From IMG/VR virus record IMGVR_UViG_3300008114_001632: DNA of 22,496 nucleotides. The stretch is one strand, 5' to 3'. Positions 15,821-21,689 of the stretch are shown piece by piece. Source of the DNA: a virus (taxonomy: Duplodnaviria; Heunggongvirae; Uroviricota; Caudoviricetes). The notes beneath the pieces were generated by a model. That model was not told the DNA's origin and ran no database searches. It was given only the letters and a program-made list of their open reading frames with translations. How positions within the stretch are numbered: the first letter of the stretch is position 1; every line of letters starts with the position of its first letter. Both the position numbers and the translations under genes were made by a program.

Positions 15821-16605
15821 TAGCGCATCCTAATGCCGTTGCCTAGCATAACAGTACTGTTTAGATTGATGCCAGCTAATTGTTTTAGCCGTGCAATGTC
15901 TGTACTTTCAGGCAATGTTAAATTATCTCTAGCAAATGTTTCTTTTGCATCTGCTACTAATTGTTCGTAGTTAGGCAAGCTCTTAGCCTTGCCAATAATA
16001 GTTTCAACACTGTCAAGGTCTTCGACATGTGCTGTGGGACCTAACAGCTTAACAGCAATCTCAGCAGGGACTTTAGAAATAAGTTCATTAGTGTCTCTGT
16101 CAAGTAGTCCTACATTAGCACTCCATTTGAATCCGTTTGCTTTTGCAATACTTGCCATCAGTATCTGTTTATGTACACCCTTGTAAGGACTCTGCTCATC
16201 ACTGGATCCACGTAGACTCCAGGTCATCCATTGTGGGTCACCAAACATTAGATCTGTTTGTACAAATCCGCTTGCTTCATTGCCACTAATAGGTGTTAGG
16301 AAGTGTACAGAGATACCGCTTTTCTTGATGTATACTTTAGGATCTTTACCGTTGGCCTTACACCAAGCTGCTAATTTTTGTACTAGTTCTTCTTTGGTTA
16401 CTTCTTCTTGATTAACTGCAATGTCTAGGTCTCCAGAAGTTTCTTTGCGACCAGTGCTACCTAATTTAAAATCCTTGTGTGGAATGCCTGTAATTTTTTC
16501 AAGCCAAGCTAGAGTAGGATCAACATCGGCTCTGTTGATGCGCTGTGTTAAAGGTTCCTTAGTCTGTGGATCCTTAAAGATGTTACCGCCTTCATTCAAT
16601 CTCAT
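15820..16605 (-). CDS. DNA polymerase beta-superfamily nucleotidyltransferase, 261 aa (start moved to MRLNEGG)
   Basis: LGSTGRKETSGDLDIAV fits hG[GS]x8-13DhD (16423-16461); third Asp candidate in VQTDLMF; the ATG at 16605 overlaps the upstream ORF by 14 nt, against 83 nt for the ORF-track start. Confidence 0.75.
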   Translation of the reverse strand: MRLNEGGNIFKDPQTKEPLTQRINRADVDPTLAWLEKITGIPHKDFKLGSTGRKETSGDLDIAVNQEEVTKEELVQKLAAWCKANGKDPKVYIKKSGISVHFLTPISGNEASGFVQTDLMFGDPQWMTWSLRGSSDEQSPYKGVHKQILMASIAKANGFKWSANVGLLDRDTNELISKVPAEIAVKLLGPTAHVEDLDSVETIIGKAKSLPNYEQLVADAKETFARDNLTLPESTDIARLKQLAGINLNSTVMLGNGIRMR

Positions 16606-16855
16606 TTTGTTTACTCTCAATAACTTTTTGAATGCCACGCTTAAATTTACGAGGGTCGCCGCTCTTAATTGCATTAATGAATCGACGTTCTAGTTCTCCA
16701 GCAGTTTCAGCTTCGTAGGTGTTTGATATGCGATTAAGTAAGTTAATAGCACTTTCTATGATATTGCTGCCTGATGTTTCTATTAGAAGATCGTTATCCT
16801 TGGTACGACCAAGATTATTAAGTTCTTCTAATATGCTTCTAGTTCGCTTTCTCAT
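16592..16855 (-). CDS. Hypothetical helical protein, 87 aa
   Basis: GGAG SD and TAAATA motif upstream. Confidence 0.8.
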   Translation of the reverse strand: MRKRTRSILEELNNLGRTKDNDLLIETSGSNIIESAINLLNRISNTYEAETAGELERRFINAIKSGDPRKFKRGIQKVIESKQNEIE

Positions 16856-16874
16856 TTGTTACACTCCAGTGTAT

Positions 16875-16880
16875 TATTTA
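16875..16880 (-). promoter_or_regulatory. TAAATA late-promoter-like motif inside a 9-bp RBS-occluding hairpin (16857-16888)
   Basis: TGTTACACT-AAATAATACACTGG-AGTGTAACA-A-ATG. Confidence 0.75.
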
Positions 16881-16919
16881 GTGTAACATGCACAGAAAGA
16901 ATATGTACATATGACAGAC

Positions 16920-17189
16920 TCAAACTCCTGTAATAACATTTTCGGACCCTGTTGCAATTATGTGTCCACAGGATGCAGCATCACCTTGACGTGCAACTGG
17001 TCGATCTTCTGCTATAACTGTAGGCTCGTATCCTACTATCACAGCACCGTTATGCGGGCCTCCGGGTATGTGCGGAGTAATTACATCACCCAGAGTTACT
17101 ACAGGTGTATCGTTAACAATAACAGTTAACCGTCCAGAAATAATAGTTGATCCAGCGACATCTTTGCCTCGTCTTGCGGTCTTTGGCAT
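16920..17189 (-). CDS. PAAR-repeat protein (tail spike tip, T4 gp5.4-like)
   Basis: Three PAAR-like repeats (KTARRG, PVVTLGD, PVARQGD), His/Cys ligands PH..PH..CGH, and GSxNV ending. Confidence 0.9.
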   Translation of the reverse strand: MPKTARRGKDVAGSTIISGRLTVIVNDTPVVTLGDVITPHIPGGPHNGAVIVGYEPTVIAEDRPVARQGDAASCGHIIATGSENVITGV

Positions 17190-18046
17190 TAAAATATTCC
17201 GTCTTCGCCTGTTTGTACTGTAGCCTCAGGCGGAGTTCCGCCTGCTTTTTGTATAGCATTAGCTGACACTGCAACGCTAAAGTCGTCCAGCACATTTTTA
17301 AGAATTAGCGCACCTGCTACCGCATCAATAGAGTTTCTTAAAAGAGATGTTATGTACTGCAACGCAATGGTTTTCATAGTTATTGCGGCACTCATTATAT
17401 TTAAGGGTAATGAATAGCTAGGAAAAGCACCAGCTACTTCTGTTAAAATTGGCAAACCTACTCCTCCGCTAAAGGTTATGCCGCCAAGGCCTGGCCCACC
17501 TGGAGGTAACAAAGACAATTGTGGAGTAAATTTTAAAAAATCTGAAAAGAATCCCGCGGTGCGCATAGCTTGCGCTCCACTAACAATAGCAGACAGCGCA
17601 CCAGTTTCTACAATAGCGCCGCCTAGATCAGATAATATTGTTGCTCCAGGATTGGCTGGTGTTGGGACTGGTTCTTTATTTTCTATTAGAGCATTTCTTA
17701 CAATATTGTAATGATAAGGATCGAGTGCATCTTTAATTTTTATTCCGCCTTCGGGGTCCGTTATAGTTTGTAGTGCAACAGCAAGTTCAATTGTTACAAG
17801 TGCTTCTTGCGCCATCTGTATTGCAAGGTCACCAAACTCTGCAGAATGATTAGGAATATTAAGAAAAAATCCGCCGGTATGATTTGCAGGGCCTGTGGAA
17901 CCTATGCCATTGTTTAGTTCTGGAACTTGCAGACCAACATATATTGGAGCTGGAGGGACTAACGGTATATTACCAGTTAAAAAATTGAAACCTAACTTAT
18001 TAGCAACACCTGATAATCCGGAAACGGCACCTTCAAAAATAGACAT
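17189..18046 (-). CDS. Gly/Pro/Ala-rich hydrophobic hypothetical protein, 285 aa, coupled to PAAR
   Basis: TAATG overlap with PAAR; AGGAG SD; late motif upstream. Confidence 0.75.
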   Translation of the reverse strand: MSIFEGAVSGLSGVANKLGFNFLTGNIPLVPPAPIYVGLQVPELNNGIGSTGPANHTGGFFLNIPNHSAEFGDLAIQMAQEALVTIELAVALQTITDPEGGIKIKDALDPYHYNIVRNALIENKEPVPTPANPGATILSDLGGAIVETGALSAIVSGAQAMRTAGFFSDFLKFTPQLSLLPPGGPGLGGITFSGGVGLPILTEVAGAFPSYSLPLNIMSAAITMKTIALQYITSLLRNSIDAVAGALILKNVLDDFSVAVSANAIQKAGGTPPEATVQTGEDGIF

Positions 18047-18065
18047 AGTAATTTCTCCTGTACAC

Positions 18066-18072
18066 TATTTAT
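18066..18072 (-). promoter_or_regulatory. ATAAATA late-promoter-like motif inside an anti-SD hairpin (18055-18079)
   Basis: CTCCTG-aATAAATAgtgta-CAGGAG-aaattact-ATG. Confidence 0.75.
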
Positions 18073-18833
18073 TCAGGAGTTTTCCGTACTTTGTTGTTGT
18101 ATTCTACTGCTTGTTTGAGTACACTTAAATCTACATTATCGCGTTCAGCTGAATGAATAATTGCAGATGTATCTTTAGGGAAACAATGTCCGCCCCAACC
18201 ACGTTCATCTGTGATCGCTGTGTGACTTCCACCAATCCTTGGGTCAACTCCCACCAGCTGTGCTACTAGATTATAGTCTATATCTTTTGCTTTACAAAAA
18301 TCAAATATTTGATTAAAGAAACTAACCTTTGTAGCAAGGAATGCATTTCTAAAATATTTTCCTGCTATTAAAAGTTTTGGATCCATACGGCCCACACTAA
18401 GATTTAGAATTGCTTTGGAATATACATCATGCCAAAACTCGACTCCACTGCCGCCCATAAAAAGTACGTTCTCGCTCCACATGTCTTTTTCAGCATGATC
18501 GGATCTTAAAAACTCTGGACAAAATGTTAAGTTATGCTCAGGAAATGATTCTGTTAGCATTTCCCAACCTTCTATCGAAATAGTGCTGCGAATGATAATT
18601 GGTGTAGATTTGTTTGTTTGACTTATTACATCATAAACATTGGCCATTTCACATGCACCATTGTGTCTTGCAGGAGTAGACACGCAACAAATTACTCCGT
18701 CTGTGTCGTCTGCAAAGTCCTGTACAGTCTTTCCTAACACCAATGGGTCAGCTAGTCTGAGTTCGTGTTTGTGGCCTAATATAGCTTTGTGTGCTTGGCC
18801 AAGCACACCGTAACCTGCGATTGTGATTTTCAT
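18069..18833 (-). CDS. UDP-glucose/GDP-mannose dehydrogenase-family protein lacking the C-terminal domain, 254 aa
   Basis: GYGVLG (GxGxxG), CVSTP, IIRSTI, FCPEFLR, KYFRNAFLATKVSFFN, catalytic GGHCFPKD. Confidence 0.9.
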   Translation of the reverse strand: MKITIAGYGVLGQAHKAILGHKHELRLADPLVLGKTVQDFADDTDGVICCVSTPARHNGACEMANVYDVISQTNKSTPIIIRSTISIEGWEMLTESFPEHNLTFCPEFLRSDHAEKDMWSENVLFMGGSGVEFWHDVYSKAILNLSVGRMDPKLLIAGKYFRNAFLATKVSFFNQIFDFCKAKDIDYNLVAQLVGVDPRIGGSHTAITDERGWGGHCFPKDTSAIIHSAERDNVDLSVLKQAVEYNNKVRKTPE

Positions 18834-18839
18834 ACGCTT

Positions 18840-18867
18840 ATTTTACTACCTTTTTGTATAATGTCAA
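18840..18867 (-). promoter_or_regulatory. Sigma70-type promoter TTGACA-N16-TAAAAT, 6 nt before an SD-less ATG
   Basis: -35 at 18862-18867, -10 at 18840-18845, ATG at 18833. Confidence 0.7.
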
Positions 18868-18887
18868 CAGAATTATCTGCCAAATAA

Positions 18888-19211
18888 TTATACTGAGAAA
18901 CTACTTCCGCAACCGCAAGATGTTTGTGCATTAGGATTTTGTATACTGAATGAAGCACCCATTATATCTTCTTTGTAGTCTATGACAGCACCAGACAGGT
19001 ACTGCATGCTCATTGCATCAACTAGCACTTTGAATTCTCCTACTGGAATTTCAAAGTCGTCTTCGTTTTTTTCTTCGTCAAATGTAAATCCGTATTGGAA
19101 GCCCGAACAGCCCCCGCCTTGAACAAACGTTCTCAAAGATAGTTTATCGTTGTTTTCTTCTAATAGAAGATCTGTTATTTTGTGTTGTGCTGATTCTGTT
19201 ATTGTTATCAT
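18888..19211 (-). CDS. erpA: A-type Fe-S carrier ErpA
   Basis: [17 protein letters not shown] and [14 protein letters not shown]. Confidence 0.92.
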   Translation of the reverse strand: MITITESAQHKITDLLLEENNDKLSLRTFVQGGGCSGFQYGFTFDEEKNEDDFEIPVGEFKVLVDAMSMQYLSGAVIDYKEDIMGASFSIQNPNAQTSCGCGSSFSV

Positions 19212-19534
19212 ACTCTAAAACTTTCTCCACATCCGCAACGATCTCGTTCGTTGGGGTTAATAAAATCAAAGCCTTCATTTAGGCCGTTGCGAACCCAATC
19301 CATAGTTAGTCCGTTTAGGTAAGCTAGACTTTTAGCATCTACCAAAACAACAAATCCATCATGAGCAAAATTAGTTACTCCAACTTCAGCTTCGTAGTTG
19401 TCCACGTATTCTAACACATAAGCAAGTCCACTGCAACCTGTGGTCTTAACGCCTATACGAATGCCTACACCTTTACCTCGGCGTTCTAAGGTTTGCTTAA
19501 TACGCTTACTTGCTGTTTCGGTTACGGTAATCAT
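19208..19534 (-). CDS. iscA: A-type Fe-S carrier IscA
   Basis: [24 protein letters not shown] and CGCGESF. Confidence 0.92.
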   Translation of the reverse strand: MITVTETASKRIKQTLERRGKGVGIRIGVKTTGCSGLAYVLEYVDNYEAEVGVTNFAHDGFVVLVDAKSLAYLNGLTMDWVRNGLNEGFDFINPNERDRCGCGESFRV

Positions 19535-19892
19535 TTACGGCCGCCTTAATAGCATCTTCTGCTAGAATTGAACAATGGATCTTTACTGGGGGTAATGCTA
19601 GTTCTGTGGCGATTTCGGAGTTTTTGATTGCTCCTGCTTCGTCGAGGGTTTTACCTTTGAGCCATTCTGTAACGAGGCTCGAACTTGCGATAGCCGATCC
19701 GCAGCCATACGTTTTAAATTTTGCATCTGTAATAATACCTGTATCATGATCCACCTTTATCTGTAGTTTCATAACATCACCGCAAGCAGGTGCGCCAACC
19801 ATGCCTGTACCAATGTCAGCATCGTTCTTATCAAAGCTACCTACGTTGCGAGGATTTTCGTAATGATCAATAACTTTGTTACTGTAAGCCAT
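19506..19892 (-). CDS. iscU: Fe-S scaffold IscU (start moved to MAYSNKV)
   Basis: HYENPRNVG, GAPACGD, YGCG, LPPVK, HCS; AAGGAG SD before the ATG at 19892. Confidence 0.96.
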   Translation of the reverse strand: MAYSNKVIDHYENPRNVGSFDKNDADIGTGMVGAPACGDVMKLQIKVDHDTGIITDAKFKTYGCGSAIASSSLVTEWLKGKTLDEAGAIKNSEIATELALPPVKIHCSILAEDAIKAAVNDYRNRNSK

Positions 19893-19911
19893 GTGTTTCT
19901 CCTTGAGCATA

Positions 19912-19918
19912 TATTTAT
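19912..19918 (-). promoter_or_regulatory. ATAAATA late-promoter-like motif upstream of iscU
   Basis: 19 nt before the iscU ATG, within a small GGGCATA-aata-TATGCTC hairpin. Confidence 0.65.
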
Positions 19919-19976
19919 GCCCTAATATTTTACTCAAAATATTTCTAATATATATTATGGTTTCTACTGAGCATGC

Positions 19977-19982
19977 TAAATA
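19977..19982 (+). promoter_or_regulatory. TAAATA late-promoter-like motif, divergent from the iscU motif
   Basis: CTAAATA 43 nt before the ATG at 20026. Confidence 0.6.
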
Positions 19983-20025
19983 ATTATGTTGCAAAGCAAC
20001 ACTACACACTTACAGAGGAAAGAAA

Positions 20026-20202
20026 ATGAAAACCTTATCAAAAACTATGTTAGCCCTAGTGGAACGGCTAGCAGAAATGTTTCCCGATTCCACGTATCAA
20101 GATCGCTTAGATACATATCTAAGCACCAAAGGCATTACCGATGCCGCACAATTGGAAATTTACATTCAACAATTTACTTCTCAAAAGGAAAAATATCTAT
20201 GA
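20026..20202 (+). CDS. DUF3563-like small protein, 58 aa (MKTLSKTMLALVERLAEMFPDSTYQDRLDTYLSTKGITDAAQLEIYIQQFTSQKEKYL)
   Basis: GAGG SD; the RLDxYL...DxxQLExxI pattern recalls DUF3563; translated by hand. Confidence 0.65.
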   Translation: MKTLSKTMLALVERLAEMFPDSTYQDRLDTYLSTKGITDAAQLEIYIQQFTSQKEKYL

Positions 20203-20321
20203 AAAAATTACTCAACTTTCTATATGAAGTTGGTATCAGTATTGGGCAAGCCCGTGCTGCCGCTGCTTTAGCTAGACAAGGACTTCACCAAGAAGCTAGA
20301 GATCTAATGTTAGCCAAATAA
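20199..20321 (+). CDS. Small helical protein, 40 aa (MKKLLNFLYEVGISIGQARAAAALARQGLHQEARDLMLAK)
   Basis: ATGA-coupled to 20026-20202; this is the C-terminal part of the ORF-track 19986-20321 call. Confidence 0.65.
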   Translation: MKKLLNFLYEVGISIGQARAAAALARQGLHQEARDLMLAK

Positions 20322-20324
20322 ATA
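20318..20324 (+). promoter_or_regulatory. ATAAATA late-promoter-like motif 4 nt before an SD-less ATG
   Basis: ATAAATA-ctgc-ATG, overlapping the upstream stop. Confidence 0.7.
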
Positions 20325-20328
20325 CTGC

Positions 20329-20904
20329 ATGAACCTAGTATATATTCACGGTGCTAATGCAACTAGCGAAAGTTTTAATTATATTAGAAAGAAGCTAGGA
20401 CCAGGCATAAACATTGATTATGACAGTCGTAATGGATTTGAAAATAATCTAAAAGATATGTTGCTCAAATTGTCAACTACCGAAAACATGGCATTTGTAG
20501 CGCATAGTTTGGGTGGTATATATGCACTGCATATTGCCAATGCTATGCCTGATCAAGTACTGGGTGCTGTTACGTTGAGTACTCCGTATGGAGGAGCAGC
20601 CGTAGCAGACTATGCCCAATATTTTTTGCCGTTCAGTAGACTCATGCGTGATATAGGACCTAGTTCATGGGTAATGAAACAAGCCAATTCTATTAAGATT
20701 CAACATCCTTGGACCAACATTGTTACTGTGAAAGGCCAAAGTCCTTTCTTACTAGAACGCAATGATGGTGTTGTTACTATTGCTAGTCAACGACATCACG
20801 ATGACATGGAATTGATTGAGGCGGAGTGCAATCATTACGAAGTGGTTCTCAATAATCAAGTGCTAGAGATTATCAAAGAACGAGTAAAAAAGTTCAAAAA
20901 ATAG
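20329..20904 (+). CDS. Alpha/beta hydrolase (esterase/lipase-like)
   Basis: YIHG oxyanion motif, AHSLGG nucleophile elbow, NDGVV (Asp) and NHYEV (His). Confidence 0.9.
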   Translation: MNLVYIHGANATSESFNYIRKKLGPGINIDYDSRNGFENNLKDMLLKLSTTENMAFVAHSLGGIYALHIANAMPDQVLGAVTLSTPYGGAAVADYAQYFLPFSRLMRDIGPSSWVMKQANSIKIQHPWTNIVTVKGQSPFLLERNDGVVTIASQRHHDDMELIEAECNHYEVVLNNQVLEIIKERVKKFKK

Positions 20905-20933
20905 TTGCTTTTTTATTGAAAGGCATATATAAT
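20905..20933 (+). promoter_or_regulatory. Sigma70-type promoter TTGCTT-N17-TATAAT
   Basis: -35 at 20905-20910, perfect -10 at 20928-20933; followed by an 8-bp inverted repeat at 20936-20960. Confidence 0.7.
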
Positions 20934-20989
20934 AGCATATAGGAAAAACATACCTATATGTAAGACATACACACACAAGGAGAAATGAA

Positions 20990-21289
20990 ATGTCAGATTT
21001 AACTAAACAAGCGGAACAGATGGCAGAGCAGTTTAAGGCAGCGATGCCCAAAGTAACATTCAACAAGAACGGTTACGAAATTAGAACACAAGTTCTTGAT
21101 ATGGCAAAACAAATGGCAGAGTTTGAATATTCTGCAAAGTTTGCACAAGTAGAAATGACTGCAAAGCGTGATCCAAAGACCAACGAAGTTATTAGTACAG
21201 TTGCGTTTCCTGAGATCCCAGGAACTGAAAAAGTATTAGAAGCCGCACAAAAGTTTTACAACTTTGTGAACCAAGGCGTGCATAAGTAA
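20990..21289 (+). CDS. Hypothetical protein, 99 aa
   Basis: AAGGAG SD with CA-rich leader; own promoter and terminator. Confidence 0.85.
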   Translation: MSDLTKQAEQMAEQFKAAMPKVTFNKNGYEIRTQVLDMAKQMAEFEYSAKFAQVEMTAKRDPKTNEVISTVAFPEIPGTEKVLEAAQKFYNFVNQGVHK

Positions 21290-21338
21290 AAATATAAAAT
21301 ATACTAAGGGCGTAGCCCAATATAATAAAATATTATAG

Positions 21339-21384
21339 AAAAGAAACCCCGGTTAGTAGAAATACTTTCCGGGGTTAATCTTTT
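21339..21384. terminator. Probable bidirectional terminator between convergent genes
   Basis: AAAAGA-AACCCCGG...AGTA-gaaa-TACT...CCGGGGTT-aa-TCTTTT nested stem with A/T tracts on both sides. Confidence 0.8.
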
Positions 21385-21529
21385 AATGTTGACTGTATGG
21401 ATTTTGTTTTGAATCAGAGCCGTCGTCTTCAGGATTAACTACATACTGCTCTGGTTGAGGTTGTTGATTTTTGTTCTCTTGTTTTTCAAAAGTTCTTTTG
21501 ATGTAATCTGCTAGAGTTTTATCTTGCAT
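21383..21529 (-). CDS. Small hypothetical protein, 48 aa (MQDKTLADYIKRTFEKQ...NPYSQH)
   Basis: ATG 1 nt after the stop of the Cys/His-rich ORF; GAGG SD upstream. Confidence 0.6.
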   Translation of the reverse strand: MQDKTLADYIKRTFEKQENKNQQPQPEQYVVNPEDDGSDSKQNPYSQH

Positions 21530-21530
21530 T

Positions 21531-21689
21531 TTAATTGTACCCTCTTTCAATTTGTTCCTGTTCTGCTTGACAATGTACGCAAGCACATTCTGGGCAGTGA
21601 TCGCAGGCTTCGTCTGAGCATCCATGTCCGCAATGTGCAGGATGTCTACAGTGGTTGCACAAAAATTCATTCTGTTCTGTCTTTGTCAT
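21531..21689 (-). CDS. Metallothionein-like Cys/His-rich peptide, 52 aa
   Basis: MTKTEQNEFLCNHCRHPAHCGHGCSDEACDHCPECACVHCQAEQEQIERGYN; 9 Cys and 6 His; AGGAGG SD 8 nt before ATG; absent from the ORF track. Confidence 0.75.
   Translation of the reverse strand: MTKTEQNEFLCNHCRHPAHCGHGCSDEACDHCPECACVHCQAEQEQIERGYN

Noticed and set aside
15820-16674. ORF-track start (MQLRAATL...) for the nucleotidyltransferase
   Set aside because: It would overlap the upstream gene by 83 nt; the ATG at 16605 gives a short overlap and the cluster-typical MRLNE N-terminus.
19506-20009. 167-aa N-terminally extended IscU
   Set aside because: The extension crosses the divergent promoter region; the canonical MAYS start at 19892 has an AAGGAG SD.
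19986-20321. 111-aa plus-strand ORF
   Set aside because: Better explained by two coupled ORFs, 20026-20202 (with SD) and 20199-20321.
20961-20977. CA-type microsatellite (catacacacaca)
   Set aside because: Too short for a repeat locus; similar CA-rich unstructured leaders precede other SDs (12920-12940, 19996-20013).
21383-21670. 95-aa ORF MNFCATTVD...
   Set aside because: Its first half is the alternative frame of the Cys/His-rich ORF, which has a much better SD; the ATG at 21529 explains the second half. The ATGA overlap at 21670 means it cannot be fully excluded.
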